DNA of 64,000 nucleotides from an uncultured cyanobacterium (GCA_963706595.1 OY970166.1:2720001-2784000); one strand, 5' to 3'; counted from the stretch's first letter, positions 31,925 to 44,305 are shown. The notes: generated from the letters alone by a model not told the origin. Program-made: numbers and translations.

Positions 31925-32609
31925 TTGTTACCTGTAAGAGTAAAAACTAAATTATTATTGCTCTGTAAGTTTTCAGATGTGTAACATCCGCAGCCAATAA
32001 TAAACTTGGCTCAAAGTTGTCAGAGACTGGTAAACTAGAAAAGCTCTCAGGTTCAATCAGAGTTAATGGCTGAATAAAACAAGCCAACAAACGACTCTAA
32101 ACCACATTCACTCCTTTAAGCTTGAGAAACCAGGCGAAATCTTAAACTATAGTTTAAGGTGAAAGTAATGTGTTGAGTACGGATACTGGGTGGCAAAAAA
32201 CCGCTTAAGTCCCACTACAGCACGGCAGAAGCAAGTTATGGCAGGAAAGCCACCAACAGCACTGCCTCCAGAAAGTGCCTAAGTAATAGCTTGGACGAAA
32301 GCATTACTGCACAAAGCGCAAAGCTAGAAAGCATTGCCCTGATTCCAAAAGTTATTTTTTCTGAATGGGAAAAAGCTTGTGGCTGTTCTGGTGACCAAGT
32401 GAGTGAAAGTAAACGGATTCACCAAACAGAAAAGACACAACTCGTTGTGTCATGAAATATATGGTGTAGTGTTATCTGCTGCAAATTTCCGTTCGAGCAG
32501 CGTCCTCAAAAAAGGTTCGTCCAACCTCAATCGGCACTGATACAAATGTAAAAGTGTCCTCAAGAGTCCGATTCCAACACCAGCAAGTATATAAGGAGAA
32601 CCAGTTACT
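31925..32609 (+). ncRNA. putative long structured 5' leader of rplC
   Basis: No plus-strand ORF of 60 aa or more; over a dozen short inverted repeats in series. Confidence 0.4.
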
Positions 32610-33245
32610 GTGTCTGTAGGTATTCTCGGCACCAAACTGGGCATGACCCAAGTCTTTGACGAATCAGGAGTATCCATTCCTGTGACAGTAGTTCAAGCCG
32701 GTCCATGCACTGTTACACAAGTTAAAACAAAACAGACCGACGGTTACAGCGCCATCCAACTCGGTTATGGTGAAGTAAAACCCAAGGCGCTGAATAGACC
32801 TCTGCTGGGTCACTTGGCAAAATCATCTGCACCAGCTTTGCGTCATTTAAACGAATATCACACAGATAGCCCTAGTGACTATGCTTTAGGTCAAGAACTC
32901 AAAGCAGATATTTTTACTGAAGGTCAAATTGTCGATGTAGTCGGTACCAGTATTGGTCGTGGTTTTGCGGGCAACCAAAAGCGCAACAACTTCAGCCGAG
33001 GTCCCATGTCCCATGGTTCAAAAAACCATAGAGCGCCGGGTTCCATTGGTGCAGGTACAACCCCCGGTCGTGTTTATCCCGGTAAACGGATGGCAGGACG
33101 CTTGGGTGGAACCCGCGTGACGATTCGCAAATTGACAGTGGTACGAGTAGACCTCGAACGCAACTTATTGCTAATTAAAGGAGCCATTCCTGGTAAACCG
33201 GGGTCCTTAGTGAATATTCTGCCTGCAAAGAAAGTTGGTAAGTAG
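32610..33245 (+). CDS. rplC: 50S ribosomal protein L3
   Basis: [22 protein letters not shown]. Confidence 0.98.
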   Translation: MSVGILGTKLGMTQVFDESGVSIPVTVVQAGPCTVTQVKTKQTDGYSAIQLGYGEVKPKALNRPLLGHLAKSSAPALRHLNEYHTDSPSDYALGQELKADIFTEGQIVDVVGTSIGRGFAGNQKRNNFSRGPMSHGSKNHRAPGSIGAGTTPGRVYPGKRMAGRLGGTRVTIRKLTVVRVDLERNLLLIKGAIPGKPGSLVNILPAKKVGK

Positions 33246-33280
33246 TCATTCAAAGGCAAAAGACACAAAAGGACATAACA

Positions 33281-33919
33281 ATGGTTGAAAGCGTAGTAAA
33301 AAATTGGCAAGGAGAGCAAGTCGGCGAGACGACCTTTGAATTAAGAGTTGCTAAAGAATCAACAGCATCTCATATCGTGCATAGAGCCTTGGTCAGACAA
33401 ATGACCAACTCTCGCCAAGGAACTGCAAGTACAAAAACTCGTTCCGAAGTCAGAGGTGGTGGTCGTAAACCTTGGCGGCAAAAAGGCACCGGTCGCGCTC
33501 GTGCAGGGTCTATTCGTTCACCACTGTGGCGTGGTGGTGGTGTCATCTTTGGACCAAAACCCAGAGACTATAACCAAAAATTAAACCGCAAAGAACGACG
33601 TTTAGCACTGCGAACCGCACTAGTTAGTCGTGCCGACGATTTGATTGTAGTACAAGACTTTAGTAACGAGTTATCCCGCCCCAAGACCAAAGAATTAGTG
33701 GCAGCACTAGCTCGTTGGGGAGCAGCACCAGAAAATAAGGCATTGTTAATTATGCCGGTAATTTCATCTGAGGATAACGTTTATCTGTCAGCCCGCAATA
33801 TCCAAAATTTAAAGTTAATTGCAGCCGACCAGCTAAATGTTTATGATTTGCTGCACGCTGACAAAATTGTGATCACAGCATCAGCTTTAGCTAAAATTCA
33901 GGAGGTCTATAGTGCCTAA
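33281..33919 (+). CDS. rplD: 50S ribosomal protein L4
   Basis: [15 protein letters not shown]. Confidence 0.98.
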   Translation: MVESVVKNWQGEQVGETTFELRVAKESTASHIVHRALVRQMTNSRQGTASTKTRSEVRGGGRKPWRQKGTGRARAGSIRSPLWRGGGVIFGPKPRDYNQKLNRKERRLALRTALVSRADDLIVVQDFSNELSRPKTKELVAALARWGAAPENKALLIMPVISSEDNVYLSARNIQNLKLIAADQLNVYDLLHADKIVITASALAKIQEVYSA

Positions 33920-34226
33920 GTTTGACCCCCGCAATCTTGCCGACTTAGTGCGTCGCCCCATAGTGACTGAAAAGGCGACAATCCTGATGGAGCAAAATAA
34001 ATATACATTTGAAGTGGCTCCCAAGGCCACCAAGCCACAAATAAAAGCGGCAATTGAAGGCTTATTTGAAGTCAAAATTGTCAAAATTAATACCATGATG
34101 CCACCACGCAAACAGCGTCGTGTTGGTAAATTCGTTGGTTACAAACCCCAATACAAGCGAGCTATCGTCACTGTAGCCCCTGGGGATGAAGAGAAAATTA
34201 GACAAGTTCTATTCCCAGAGGTATAA
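33912..34226 (+). CDS. rplW: 50S ribosomal protein L23
   Basis: PIVTEKA, YKRAIV; operon position. Confidence 0.97.
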   Translation: MPKFDPRNLADLVRRPIVTEKATILMEQNKYTFEVAPKATKPQIKAAIEGLFEVKIVKINTMMPPRKQRRVGKFVGYKPQYKRAIVTVAPGDEEKIRQVLFPEV

Positions 34227-34232
34227 AGCAAA

Positions 34233-35096
34233 ATGGGTACTCGTTCTTATCGTCCTTATACCCCTAGTACACGCCAAGTTACTGTTTCCGACTTTGCCGA
34301 AATTACCAAATCAAAGCCGGAAAAATCTTTAACAGAATACGTGCATCGCCCCAAAGGTCGTAACAACCAAGGGCGCATCACTAGCCGTCGTCGGGGTGGC
34401 GGACACAAACAAATGTACCGGATCATTGACTTTAAACGGGATAAACGTAATATTCCCGCCCAAGTCATAGCCATTGAATATGATCCCAACCGGAATGCGC
34501 GGATTGCCCTGGTGTTATATCAAGATGGCGAAAAGCGTTACATTCTTCACCCCAATAAGTTGCCAGTGGGTGCAACAATTATTGCGGGTCCTGATTCTCC
34601 CTTTGAAGATGGCAATGCTTTGCCACTTTTGAATATTCCCTTGGGTACAAGCGTACACAACGTAGAACTAACACCGGGTAAAGGCGGACAAATTGTCCGG
34701 GCTGCTGGTGCTAACGCTCAAGTTGTAGCCAAAGAAGGTCAGTATGTCACACTGAAATTACCTTCGGGAGAAGTGCGGATGATTCGGCGGGAATGCTACG
34801 CCACCATCGGACAAGTAGGTAACACCGACGCGAGAAACTTGAGTGCGGGTAAAGCCGGACGTAATCGTTGGAAGGGTCGCCGTCCGAAGGTGAGAGGTAG
34901 CGTCATGAACCCCGTGGATCACCCACATGGTGGTGGTGAGGGTAGAGCGCCTATTGGTAGACCAGGCCCTGTAACACCTTGGGGTAAACCTACTTTGGGT
35001 GCGAAGACACGCAAACCCAAGAAAGCCAGCAGCAAATTGATTGTGCGTCGTCGCCGCAAATCTTCTAAACGTGGTCGTGGTGGTCGTCAATCATAG
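34233..35096 (+). CDS. rplB: 50S ribosomal protein L2
   Basis: [21 protein letters not shown]. Confidence 0.99.
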   Translation: MGTRSYRPYTPSTRQVTVSDFAEITKSKPEKSLTEYVHRPKGRNNQGRITSRRRGGGHKQMYRIIDFKRDKRNIPAQVIAIEYDPNRNARIALVLYQDGEKRYILHPNKLPVGATIIAGPDSPFEDGNALPLLNIPLGTSVHNVELTPGKGGQIVRAAGANAQVVAKEGQYVTLKLPSGEVRMIRRECYATIGQVGNTDARNLSAGKAGRNRWKGRRPKVRGSVMNPVDHPHGGGEGRAPIGRPGPVTPWGKPTLGAKTRKPKKASSKLIVRRRRKSSKRGRGGRQS

Positions 35097-35245
35097 AATT
35101 TGAGATTTTAAATTTTGGATTTTAGATTCGGTTAACTTGTGAGTATCCAGAATTTGTGAAACTTGACCAGAGACCTAATTGATTAAAATCCGAAATTCTC
35201 AAATTTTTAATTCAAAATCTCAAATCCAAAATCCAAAATTGAATT

Positions 35246-35524
35246 ATGGGTCGTTCTTTAAAAAAAGGGCCTTTTGTGGCCGATCACTTGCTGACCAAGA
35301 TTGAAAAGCTCAACGCTAAAAACGAAAAGCAAGTAATCAAAACTTGGTCGAGAGCTTCGACAATTTTGCCCTTAATGATAGGTCATACCATTGCTGTTCA
35401 CAACGGTCGTCAACACGTTCCGGTTTTTGTGAACGAGCAAATGGTAGGACACAAGTTAGGAGAGTTCGCCCCCACACGTACCTACAGAGGTCATGGGAAG
35501 AGTGATAAAAAAGCAGGGAGATAG
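35246..35524 (+). CDS. rpsS: 30S ribosomal protein S19
   Basis: [19 protein letters not shown]. Confidence 0.99.
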   Translation: MGRSLKKGPFVADHLLTKIEKLNAKNEKQVIKTWSRASTILPLMIGHTIAVHNGRQHVPVFVNEQMVGHKLGEFAPTRTYRGHGKSDKKAGR

Positions 35525-35588
35525 TTATTAGTCATTAGTCATCAGCTAAAGACTAATAATCAGTGACTAATGACTAAAGGAGAAAATT

Positions 35589-35945
35589 ATGGCTATTGAT
35601 ACTACTGAAGTTAAGGCGATCGCTCGTTATATCCGCATCTCTCCCTACAAAGTGCGTCGTGTCCTCGACCAAATTAGAGGGCGTTCTTACCGGGAAGCAC
35701 TAATTATATTGGAATTCATGCCCTATCGAGCCTGTGAACCAATATTGAAGCTTCTCAGAAGTGCCGCCGCTAATGCCGAGCATAATGCTGGTTTAGACCG
35801 GACAAATCTGGTAATTACTCAGGCTTATGCCAATCAAGGTCCAGTGCTAAAACGGTTTCAACCCAGAGCGCAAGGGCGAGCTTACCAAATTCGCAAGCCA
35901 ACGTGTCATATCACTGTGGCTGTAGCTGATGCTACTGCTGAATAA
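35589..35945 (+). CDS. rplV: 50S ribosomal protein L22
   Basis: [15 protein letters not shown]. Confidence 0.98.
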   Translation: MAIDTTEVKAIARYIRISPYKVRRVLDQIRGRSYREALIILEFMPYRACEPILKLLRSAAANAEHNAGLDRTNLVITQAYANQGPVLKRFQPRAQGRAYQIRKPTCHITVAVADATAE

Positions 35946-35996
35946 TTATCAAACCCGAAAAATTGCGTAAAGTCAGAAATTTTAGAGGAAGCATTT

Positions 35997-36773
35997 GTGG
36001 GACAGAAGATTCATCCAGTTGGTTTTCGCCTGGGTATTACGCGTGAGCATCAATCTCGTTGGTTTGCAATTCCTGAGCGCTATCCAGAACTTTTACAAGA
36101 AGACTACAAACTGCGTCAGTATATAGAACAAAAGCTGGGTAAACTGGCTCAAAACAACGCCGGGATTTCCGAAGTCAGAATTGAGCGCAAAGCCGACCAA
36201 ATTGACTTAGAAGTACGCACAGCTAGACCAGGTGTAGTTGTCGGTCGTGGTGGACAAGGTATTGAATCACTGCGGATTGGACTACAAGAAGTGCTGGGTG
36301 GTAATCGCCAAATTCGCATCAACGTAGTCGAAGTTCAAAAAGTTGATGCTGATGCTTCCCTGATTGGCGAATACATTGCTCAACAGTTGGAACGACGTGT
36401 TTCGTTTCGGCGGGTAGTACGCCAAGCCATTCAGCGCGCTCAACGTGCTGGTGTTCAAGGCATTAAAATTCAAGTCAGTGGTCGGCTCAACGGTGCAGAA
36501 ATTGCCCGGACAGAGTGGACTCGTGAAGGTAGAGTACCTTTACATACCTTACGGGCTGATATTGACTACGCTTACTGCACAGCCAAAACAATTTACGGGA
36601 TTCTGGGCATCAAAGTATGGGTGTTCAAGGGAGAAATTATCCCCGGACAGGAAGAAACTCCAGCCCCACCCAGTACACGCGATCGCGGCGACCGAGATCG
36701 CGAACGTGAACCTCGTCGTCGTCAACAACAACGCCGTCGTCAGCAATTTGAAGACCGTTCTAATGAAGGATAG
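35997..36773 (+). CDS. rpsC: 30S ribosomal protein S3
   Basis: [26 protein letters not shown]. Confidence 0.99.
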   Translation: MGQKIHPVGFRLGITREHQSRWFAIPERYPELLQEDYKLRQYIEQKLGKLAQNNAGISEVRIERKADQIDLEVRTARPGVVVGRGGQGIESLRIGLQEVLGGNRQIRINVVEVQKVDADASLIGEYIAQQLERRVSFRRVVRQAIQRAQRAGVQGIKIQVSGRLNGAEIARTEWTREGRVPLHTLRADIDYAYCTAKTIYGILGIKVWVFKGEIIPGQEETPAPPSTRDRGDRDREREPRRRQQQRRRQQFEDRSNEG

Positions 36774-36854
36774 TCATTAGTCATTAGTCCTGAGTCCTAA
36801 GTAAGACAAATGACCAATGACCAATGACCAATTACCAATGACAAATGACGAACC

Positions 36855-37280
36855 ATGTTAAGTCCTAGAAGAACTAAATTCCGCAAACAACAGCGCGGAC
36901 GGATGCAAGGCCTAGCTACCCGTGGCTGCAACATTGATTTTGGTGATTTTGCCCTGCAAGCTCAAGAACCATCTTGGATTACCGCCCGGCAAATTGAGGC
37001 CTCCCGTCGAGCAATGACCCGTTATATTCGCCGGGGTGGACAAATCTGGATTCGGATTTTTCCAGACAAACCAATCACCATGCGCGCAGCTGAAACCCGG
37101 ATGGGTTCTGGTAAAGGTAATCCAGAATATTGGGTAGCCGTAGTCAAGCCAGGACGCATTATGTTTGAAATCGCTGGTGTTACTGAAGAAATCGCTCGTG
37201 AAGCGATGCGTTTGGCGGCAAACAAGCTACCGATTAAAACTAAGTTTATTGTGCGTTCTCAACCAAAGGAGCAGGAGTAG
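36855..37280 (+). CDS. rplP: 50S ribosomal protein L16
   Basis: [15 protein letters not shown]. Confidence 0.99.
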   Translation: MLSPRRTKFRKQQRGRMQGLATRGCNIDFGDFALQAQEPSWITARQIEASRRAMTRYIRRGGQIWIRIFPDKPITMRAAETRMGSGKGNPEYWVAVVKPGRIMFEIAGVTEEIAREAMRLAANKLPIKTKFIVRSQPKEQE

Positions 37281-37283
37281 GTT

Positions 37284-37499
37284 ATGCCTCTTCCCAAGAT
37301 TTCAGAAGCTAGAGAATTCAGCGACGAGCAGCTGGTTGAGGAAATTCTCGCTGTTAAAAAACAACTGTTTCAGTTGCGCTTGCAAAAAGCGACAAGACAA
37401 CTAGAAAAACCTCACCAGTTCCGACACGCCCGACATCGCCTATCCCAATTGCTGACTGTCGAGACTGAACGTAAGCACAGCAGCAAGTCAACCGACTAA
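37284..37499 (+). CDS. rpmC: 50S ribosomal protein L29
   Basis: LFQLRLQKAT; operon position. Confidence 0.96.
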   Translation: MPLPKISEAREFSDEQLVEEILAVKKQLFQLRLQKATRQLEKPHQFRHARHRLSQLLTVETERKHSSKSTD

Positions 37500-37518
37500 A
37501 GAAAAACAATAGGAGATT

Positions 37519-37770
37519 ATGGCAATCAAAGAACGAGTCGGCTTGGTAGTGAGCGACAAAATGCAAAAAACTGTAGTAGTTGCTATAGAAAATCGCTCTC
37601 CCCACCCCAAGTACGGCAAAATCATGGTTAAAACTCGTCGTTATAAAGTCCACGACGAAGAGAATCAATGCAAAGTCGGCGATCGCGTGCGGATTCAAGA
37701 AACTAGACCTTTGAGTAAAACCAAACGCTGGCAAGTCAAAGACATCTTGAACACTAAAGCCACAATGTAA
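37519..37770 (+). CDS. rpsQ: 30S ribosomal protein S17
   Basis: [20 protein letters not shown]. Confidence 0.98.
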   Translation: MAIKERVGLVVSDKMQKTVVVAIENRSPHPKYGKIMVKTRRYKVHDEENQCKVGDRVRIQETRPLSKTKRWQVKDILNTKATM

Positions 37771-37812
37771 CCCTGGTTACACGAATAAATCAGGATAAAA
37801 GGGAGACTAATT

Positions 37813-38181
37813 GTGATTCAAACCCAGACTTACCTGAATGTCGCAGATAATAGCGGTGCAAAAAAAATTATGTGCATCCGTGTATTAGGTGGTGGCAACA
37901 GACGTTATGGTTTCATCGGCGATAGAATTATTGCCGTTGTTAAAGATGCCATTCCTAACATGGCTGTGAAAAAGTCAGATGTGATCGAAGCAGTGATTGT
38001 TCGCACCCGTCATAGCATCCGCCGTGATAGTGGTATGACCATTCGCTTTGACGATAACGCTGCCGTGATCATCAACAAAGATGGTAATCCCAGAGGTACA
38101 CGGGTTTTTGGCCCAGTTGCCCGCGAATTACGTGAAAAAAGCTTCACTAAAATTGTTTCTCTGGCTCCGGAGGTACTGTAA
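37813..38181 (+). CDS. rplN: 50S ribosomal protein L14
   Basis: [19 protein letters not shown]. Confidence 0.99.
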   Translation: MIQTQTYLNVADNSGAKKIMCIRVLGGGNRRYGFIGDRIIAVVKDAIPNMAVKKSDVIEAVIVRTRHSIRRDSGMTIRFDDNAAVIINKDGNPRGTRVFGPVARELREKSFTKIVSLAPEVL

Positions 38182-38534
38182 TGGCAAACCGCAAGGAAAA
38201 GCCGAAAGTATTTTATAAAATGCACGTCAAAACTGGTGATACCGTGCAAGTAATTGCAGGTAAAGACAAAGGCAAAGTTGGGGAAATAGTCCAAGCACTA
38301 CCCCAATTGAGCAAAGTCATTATCAAAGGTGTCAACATGAAGACTAAGCACGTGAAACCCCAGCAAGAAGGGGAATCAGGTAAAATCGTCACCCAGGAAT
38401 TTCCCATCCATAGTTCCAACGTGATGCTATACTCCAGCAAGCAAAACGTCACCAGTCGTGTTTGTTACACCTTCACCGCAGAAGGTAAAAAAGTGAGAAT
38501 GCTGAAGAAAACAGGTGAAATTCTCAACAACTAG
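38181..38534 (+). CDS. rplX: 50S ribosomal protein L24
   Basis: [14 protein letters not shown]. Confidence 0.98.
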   Translation: MANRKEKPKVFYKMHVKTGDTVQVIAGKDKGKVGEIVQALPQLSKVIIKGVNMKTKHVKPQQEGESGKIVTQEFPIHSSNVMLYSSKQNVTSRVCYTFTAEGKKVRMLKKTGEILNN

Positions 38535-38591
38535 AGAATTAGACCTTAAAAAAGTTTCCCTGACCAAGCCCAGGGATAAGGACAAGAAAGT

Positions 38592-39140
38592 ATGCCGACA
38601 ACCAGACTGAAAAACTTATACCAAGAGACAATCGTCCCTAAACTGACTAATCAGTTTCAATACACCAATGTACATCAAGTACCAAAGGTGATTAAGATTA
38701 CGATTAACCGAGGTTTAGGCGAAGCGGCTCAAAATGCTAAGTCGCTAGAAGCGTCTTTAAATGAAATTGCGGTAATCACTGGTCAAAAACCAGTAGTGAC
38801 GCGGGCGAAAAAGGCGATCGCTGGCTTTAAAATTCGTGAGGGGATGCCCGTAGGCATTATGGTAACTCTCCGAGGCGAACGAATGTATGCTTTTCTTGAC
38901 AGATTAATTAGCCTATCATTACCCAGAATTAGAGACTTTCGGGGCATTAGTCCGAAAAGTTTTGACGGACGTGGTAACTACACTCTGGGTGTGAGAGAAC
39001 AGCTAATTTTTCCAGAAGTCGAGTACGACAGTATCGATCAAATCCGTGGTATGGATATTTCCATCATCACAACAGCGAAAAACGACGAAGAGGGTCGCGC
39101 CTTACTAAAAGAAATGGGAATGCCCTTTCGCGATCAATAA
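38592..39140 (+). CDS. rplE: 50S ribosomal protein L5
   Basis: [17 protein letters not shown]. Confidence 0.99.
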   Translation: MPTTRLKNLYQETIVPKLTNQFQYTNVHQVPKVIKITINRGLGEAAQNAKSLEASLNEIAVITGQKPVVTRAKKAIAGFKIREGMPVGIMVTLRGERMYAFLDRLISLSLPRIRDFRGISPKSFDGRGNYTLGVREQLIFPEVEYDSIDQIRGMDISIITTAKNDEEGRALLKEMGMPFRDQ

Positions 39141-39160
39141 GTTCATCTAAAGAGGGAACG

Positions 39161-39562
39161 ATGGCGGCTAACGATACAGTTGCAGATATGCTGACGCGCA
39201 TCCGCAATGCCAACCTGGCAAGGCATCAAACAACACAAGTGCCAGCCACAAAAATGACTCGTAGTATTGCCAAAGTACTACAAGAGGAAGGTTTTGTTGC
39301 TGAAATTGCGGAAGCAGAAGAAGGGATTCAGAGGAATCTCGTGATTTCCCTGAAATACAAGGGTAAAAATCGTCAACCTTTAATCACCGCCTTGAAGCGA
39401 GTGAGTAAACCAGGTTTGCGCGTTTACTCCACTAGAAAAGAATTACCAAGGGTACTAGGTGGTATCGGCATTGCCATTATTTCTACATCCAGTGGCATCA
39501 TGACTGACCGGGAAGCCCGTCGTCAGAGCTTGGGTGGTGAAGTACTTTGCTATGTTTGGTAG
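39161..39562 (+). CDS. rpsH: 30S ribosomal protein S8
   Basis: [18 protein letters not shown]. Confidence 0.99.
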   Translation: MAANDTVADMLTRIRNANLARHQTTQVPATKMTRSIAKVLQEEGFVAEIAEAEEGIQRNLVISLKYKGKNRQPLITALKRVSKPGLRVYSTRKELPRVLGGIGIAIISTSSGIMTDREARRQSLGGEVLCYVW

Positions 39563-39631
39563 TCTTAGCCCTTCGACTACGCTCAGGGTGAATCCTTAGC
39601 GCTCAGGACTCAAGATAAAGGACAAAAAATC

Positions 39632-40180
39632 ATGTCTCGTATTGGTAAACAACCAATTACTATTCCCGCCAAAGTGGAAGTGACAATTGATGGACCCAAA
39701 GTTTTGGTGAAAGGCCCTAAAGGGCAACTTTCTCGCACTTTGTCTGCCAACGTCATTGTCTCCCAAGAAGGGGAAATATTAAATGTCACCCGTCGTGATG
39801 AGACCCGTGTCTCTCGGCAAATGCACGGTTTAAGCCGTACCTTGGTCGCTAACATGGTCGAGGGAGTTTCCCAAGGCTTTAAGCGTCGCCTGGAAATTCA
39901 AGGTGTAGGTTATCGCGCCCAACTTCAAGGACGTAACCTAGTTTTGAATATTGGTTACAGCCATCAAGTGCATATTGTGCCACCAGACGGAGTTGAGTTT
40001 GTTGTAGAAACTAACACAAACATCGTCGTCAGTGGTTACGACAAAGAAATAGTAGGTAACACAGCAGCGAAGATCCGCGCCGTTCGTCCCCCAGAACCAT
40101 ACAAAGGTAAAGGGATTCGTTATGCCGGTGAAGTGGTCAGACGCAAGGCTGGTAAGACTGGTAAGAGTGGTAAGAAGTAA
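39632..40180 (+). CDS. rplF: 50S ribosomal protein L6
   Basis: [17 protein letters not shown]. Confidence 0.99.
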   Translation: MSRIGKQPITIPAKVEVTIDGPKVLVKGPKGQLSRTLSANVIVSQEGEILNVTRRDETRVSRQMHGLSRTLVANMVEGVSQGFKRRLEIQGVGYRAQLQGRNLVLNIGYSHQVHIVPPDGVEFVVETNTNIVVSGYDKEIVGNTAAKIRAVRPPEPYKGKGIRYAGEVVRRKAGKTGKSGKK

Positions 40181-40182
40181 AA

Positions 40183-40545
40183 ATGAAACTTACTCGTAGA
40201 GAATCAAAACAGCGTCGCCATCGGCGCGTTCGTGGTAAAGTTCAAGGCTCGGCAGAACGTCCGCGTTTAGCCGTGTTTCGTTCCAACGAACATATTTACG
40301 CTCAAGTAATTGACGATACTCAGCATCACACATTAGTAGCAGCCTCGACGCTGGAACCAGAGTTGAAATCTAATTCAGCTACAGGTGCTACTTGTGACGC
40401 ATCAGCGCAAGTCGGCAAGTTGATAGCAGTGCGATTGTTAGAAAAAGGCATTACCCAAGTAGTCTTTGATCGCGGTGGCAACTTATATCATGGTCGTGTC
40501 AAAGCCCTCGCTGATGCAGCCCGCGAAGCTGGTTTAGATTTCTAA
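40183..40545 (+). CDS. rplR: 50S ribosomal protein L18
   Basis: [20 protein letters not shown]. Confidence 0.98.
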   Translation: MKLTRRESKQRRHRRVRGKVQGSAERPRLAVFRSNEHIYAQVIDDTQHHTLVAASTLEPELKSNSATGATCDASAQVGKLIAVRLLEKGITQVVFDRGGNLYHGRVKALADAAREAGLDF

Positions 40546-40628
40546 AGTCATTAGTCATTAGTCATTGGTCATTAGTCATTGGCTAAGGACAAAAGACAAA
40601 TGACAAAGGACAAAAGACAACTGACTAA
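40546..40628. repeat. opposed STRR clusters (AGTCATT)n and (GACAAA[A/T])n; similar clusters at about 35100-35240, 35525-35577, 36771-36849, 46848-46885, 48697-48750 and 4212-4241
   Basis: Heptamer tandem repeats seen in spacers. Confidence 0.85.
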
Positions 40629-40644
40629 TAGAGAGCATTTGATT

Positions 40645-41169
40645 ATGGCAACTGGTCGTCGTAAAGCGAACCGCACAAAAAAAGAAGAAACTACCTGGCA
40701 AGAGCGAGTCATCCAAATCCGCCGGGTGAGCAAGGTCGTCAAGGGAGGTAAAAAACTTAGCTTCCGGGCGATTGTGGTCGTCGGTAATGAACGGGGTCAA
40801 GTTGGTGTCGGAGTAGGCAAAGCTTCAGATGTCATCGGTGCTGTTAAAAAAGGCGTAGCCGATGGCAAAAAACATCTGATTGACATCCCTATGACCAAAT
40901 CTAACTCCATTCCTCATCCTATTGATGGTGTGGGTGGCGGTGCTAAGGTGATGATGCGTCCTGCTGCCCCTGGTACTGGGGTAATTGCTGGTGGTGCGGT
41001 TCGGACTGTCTTGGAATTGGCAGGAGTTCGTAACATCTTGGCCAAGCAACTTGGTTCCAACAATCCACTCAACAATGCTAGAGCCGCAGTGAATGCCTTA
41101 TCTACACTACGTACTCTTTCGGAAGTGGCTGAAGACCGGGGTATTCCTATTGAAAAACTCTACATTTAG
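40645..41169 (+). CDS. rpsE: 30S ribosomal protein S5
   Basis: [21 protein letters not shown]; start ATG 40645. Confidence 0.98.
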   Translation: MATGRRKANRTKKEETTWQERVIQIRRVSKVVKGGKKLSFRAIVVVGNERGQVGVGVGKASDVIGAVKKGVADGKKHLIDIPMTKSNSIPHPIDGVGGGAKVMMRPAAPGTGVIAGGAVRTVLELAGVRNILAKQLGSNNPLNNARAAVNALSTLRTLSEVAEDRGIPIEKLYI

Positions 41170-41256
41170 AATGGTTGACGGTTGTCACTCAACAGTCATC
41201 ACTCAACAGTGAACAGTCAGTCAATAGTGAACGTGTAAACAATTACTAATTACATC

Positions 41257-41700
41257 ATGAGACTCAACGATGTTAAGCCCCAAAAAGGTTCAAAGAAACG
41301 CCGCCGCCGCGTAGCTAGGGGTATTTCCGCAGGTCAAGGCGCTAGCGCTGGTTTAGGGATGAGAGGTCAAAAATCTCGTTCTGGTAGTGGTACCAGACCT
41401 GGTTTTGAAGGTGGTCAACAACCATTGTACCGCCGAGTACCTAAGCTCAAGGGCTTTCCAGTGGTGAATCGGAAAGTTTACACTACGATTAATGTAGAGA
41501 AACTAGCTTCCCTTCCTGCTGATACAGAAGTAACTTTGGCTTCCCTCAGAGAGGCAGGAATTTTAACTGCTGCTAAAGGTCCATTGAAAGTTTTGGGCAA
41601 CGGCGAATTGAATGTATCCCTAAAGGTACAAGCAGCAGCTTTTACAGGACAAGCTCGGAGCAAAATTGAAGCAGCTGGTGGTAGTTGCGAAGTTTTATAA
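41257..41700 (+). CDS. rplO: 50S ribosomal protein L15
   Basis: [15 protein letters not shown]. Confidence 0.98.
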   Translation: MRLNDVKPQKGSKKRRRRVARGISAGQGASAGLGMRGQKSRSGSGTRPGFEGGQQPLYRRVPKLKGFPVVNRKVYTTINVEKLASLPADTEVTLASLREAGILTAAKGPLKVLGNGELNVSLKVQAAAFTGQARSKIEAAGGSCEVL

Positions 41701-41771
41701 GTGAGCCGGAAAAGCGCACTTTGCAAGCTAACTCGCTGCCAGCGCCTGGTTCACTATAGAGGTAGCATTCT

Positions 41772-43085
41772 ATGATCAGTCGAGAAAAAGCCCCAACGGC
41801 TCAAGAAACTTTTATGCAGATGGCGCAAGCAGCTGGCCTCAGAGGTAGGCTGCTTGTTACCGTCGGTATTTTAATTTTGGTTCGCCTCGGTATATTTTTG
41901 CCAGTCCCTGGTCTTGATCGAGTCAGGTTTGCTGAAGCAATAGCTGGTAATAATGCCGTATTTGGTTTATTGGATATATTTTCTGGACGAGGACTTTCCA
42001 CTTTGGGAATCTTCGCTTTGGGGATTTTACCCTTTATTAATGCGTCCATTATTATCCAATTACTCACGTCGGCAATTCCATCTTTAGAAAATTTACAGAA
42101 AAATGAAGGTGAGCAAGGTCGGCGGAAAATTTCGCAAATCACACGCTACGTAACTGTAGTATGGGCGACTATTCAAAGTGTGGCTTTTTCGGCAATTTTC
42201 CTCAATCAATTTGCTCTGAATCCAGGTGCAGCATTTGTGGCGGAAACAGCGATCGCTCTCACGGCTGGTTCGATGTTTGTCATGTGGGCATCAGAACTGA
42301 TTACAGAACGGGGACTTGGTAATGGTGCATCATTGTTGATTTTTGTCAACATTGTGGCTTCGTTACCTAAAGCTTTAGGCGATACCATTGACTTGGTGCA
42401 AGTCGGCGGTAGAGAAACCATTGGTCGCGTCATCGTTCTGATCTTGGTATTCCTAGCGACAATTGTGGGGATTGTTTTCGTTCAAGAAGGCATCCGTCGC
42501 ATCCCGATTATTTCGGCTCGTCGCCAAGTAGGTCGCAGAGTATTAGCAGAACAACGCAGTTATTTACCCTTGCGGCTGAATGCTGGGGGTGTAATGCCGA
42601 TTATTTTTGCGGCGGCCATTTTGAGTCTGCCACTGTTAATCGCTAATTTCACTAAAAATCCCGAAATAGCCAACATTGTCAATACTTATCTCAGTCCTGG
42701 GGGTTCTGGGGCTTGGGTTTATGCTCTAGTCTACTTGGTGTCCATTATTTTCTTCAGTTACTTCTATTCTTCCTTGATTGTTAACCCAGTTGATGTAGCG
42801 CAGAACTTGAAGAAAATGGGGTCTAGCATTCCCGGTATTCGTCCCGGAAAAGCTACCAGTGAGTATCTGGAGCGTGTGATCAATCGACTAACTTTTTTAG
42901 GTGCGATATTTTTGGGATTTGTGGCTATTATCCCCACGGCTGTGGAAAGTGCTTTAGGAGTCCCAACCTTTAGAGGATTGGGTGCTACTTCTTTGCTGAT
43001 TCTCGTGGGTGTAGCAATTGATACGGCTAAACAAGTCCAAACTTACGTTATCTCTCAGCGTTATGAAGGAATGGTGAAACAATAG
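41772..43085 (+). CDS. secY: preprotein translocase subunit SecY
   Basis: LGILPFINASII, GNGASL, IPGIRPG. Confidence 0.99.
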   Translation: MISREKAPTAQETFMQMAQAAGLRGRLLVTVGILILVRLGIFLPVPGLDRVRFAEAIAGNNAVFGLLDIFSGRGLSTLGIFALGILPFINASIIIQLLTSAIPSLENLQKNEGEQGRRKISQITRYVTVVWATIQSVAFSAIFLNQFALNPGAAFVAETAIALTAGSMFVMWASELITERGLGNGASLLIFVNIVASLPKALGDTIDLVQVGGRETIGRVIVLILVFLATIVGIVFVQEGIRRIPIISARRQVGRRVLAEQRSYLPLRLNAGGVMPIIFAAAILSLPLLIANFTKNPEIANIVNTYLSPGGSGAWVYALVYLVSIIFFSYFYSSLIVNPVDVAQNLKKMGSSIPGIRPGKATSEYLERVINRLTFLGAIFLGFVAIIPTAVESALGVPTFRGLGATSLLILVGVAIDTAKQVQTYVISQRYEGMVKQ

Positions 43086-43645
43086 TGACAGTGACTCGAT
43101 TAATTTTCTTGGGACCACCCGGATCTGGTAAAGGAACTCAAGCTCAAGTTTTGGCGGAAAGCTTGAATATTCCCCATATTTCTACAGGGGAAATATTAAG
43201 GCAAGCTATGCAGGAGCAAACTCCTTTGGGAATTAAGGCTCAAAGTTATGTAAATAGCGGCGATTTAGTTCCCGACCAGTTAGTGCAGGACTTAGTACAG
43301 GAGCGTCTTAGTCAACCAGATGTGAAATCTGGCTGGATTCTTGATGGTTTTCCTCGCAAAGTCACACAAGCAGTTTTTCTGGAAGAATTACTGGCAGAAA
43401 TTAATCAGGGTGGCGAAAGGGTAGTTAATCTTGATGCTCCAGATGATGTTGTGGTAGCACGTTTACTCGATAGAGGACGAAAAGATGATACCGAAGCGGT
43501 AATTCGTCATCGTTTAGACGTTTATCGGGCTGAAACTGCGCCATTGATTGATTATTATGGCGATCGCCATAACTTGATCACAGTCAATGGCGATCAGTCC
43601 CAAGAAGAAGTCACTCACGAATTGCAAAAAATCGTCACTTCATAG
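43085..43645 (+). CDS. adk: adenylate kinase
   Basis: GPPGSGKGTQ, LDGFPR. Confidence 0.98.
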   Translation: MTVTRLIFLGPPGSGKGTQAQVLAESLNIPHISTGEILRQAMQEQTPLGIKAQSYVNSGDLVPDQLVQDLVQERLSQPDVKSGWILDGFPRKVTQAVFLEELLAEINQGGERVVNLDAPDDVVVARLLDRGRKDDTEAVIRHRLDVYRAETAPLIDYYGDRHNLITVNGDQSQEEVTHELQKIVTS

Positions 43646-43850
43646 ACTGAGTAGGTTTTGTCAAAATCACCATTTACTCCCCAGTACAGACGCGATCAAT
43701 CGCGTCTCTCTCCCACAAGGGCAAGATGCGGGCCAATTTTAGCTAAGATATATTAATAAACTGTTGATATATTTCTCAAAATATGTTCTTTTGCAGATGA
43801 AGTGCTGCAACTGAATCAATAGGAGATTGTTGCATTGAGGAAAAAACAAA

Positions 43851-44075
43851 TTGTCTAAGCAAGATTTGATCGAAATGGAAGGCACTGTCACTGAATCCTT
43901 GCCCAATGCGATGTTTCGCGTTGATTTGGACAATGGATTTAATGTCTTGGCACACATTTCCGGTAAGATTCGCCGTAATTACATCAAGATTTTACCTGGC
44001 GATCGCGTCAAAGTGGAGTTAACTCCCTACGACCTCTCAAAAGGTAGAATCACCTATAGACTGCGGAAAAAATAG
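43851..44075 (+). CDS. infA: translation initiation factor IF-1
   Basis: [16 protein letters not shown]. Confidence 0.99.
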   Translation: MSKQDLIEMEGTVTESLPNAMFRVDLDNGFNVLAHISGKIRRNYIKILPGDRVKVELTPYDLSKGRITYRLRKK

Positions 44076-44154
44076 TTATATGTCGAAAATCTTACCATAA
44101 AACCATCTTTTTGGGTTCTACCCAGTTACTTAAGTGAATTAATTTCCCTAAAAA

Positions 44155-44163
44155 TGCTATAAT
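44155..44163 (+). promoter_or_regulatory. possible internal extended -10 promoter before rpmJ
   Basis: TGCTATAAT. Confidence 0.45.
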
Positions 44164-44191
44164 TTACTATTTGGAGTCAATTAGAAAAGGC

Positions 44192-44305
44192 ATGAAAGTT
44201 CGAGCCTCAGTCAAGAAAATGTGTGAAAAATGTAACGTGATCCGCCGTCGCGGTCGCGTTATGGTGATTTGCGTGAATCCCAAACACAAACAACGCCAAG
44301 GCTAA
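44192..44305 (+). CDS. rpmJ: 50S ribosomal protein L36 (not in the ORF track)
   Basis: Manual translation [37 protein letters not shown]. Confidence 0.99.
   Translation: MKVRASVKKMCEKCNVIRRRGRVMVICVNPKHKQRQG

Noticed and set aside
32280..32310. GGACGAAA suggesting a hammerhead ribozyme
   Set aside because: No correctly placed CUGAnGA core found
32450..32677. 75-aa minus-strand ORF overlapping the rplC start
   Set aside because: Antisense to rplC and its leader; no coding features
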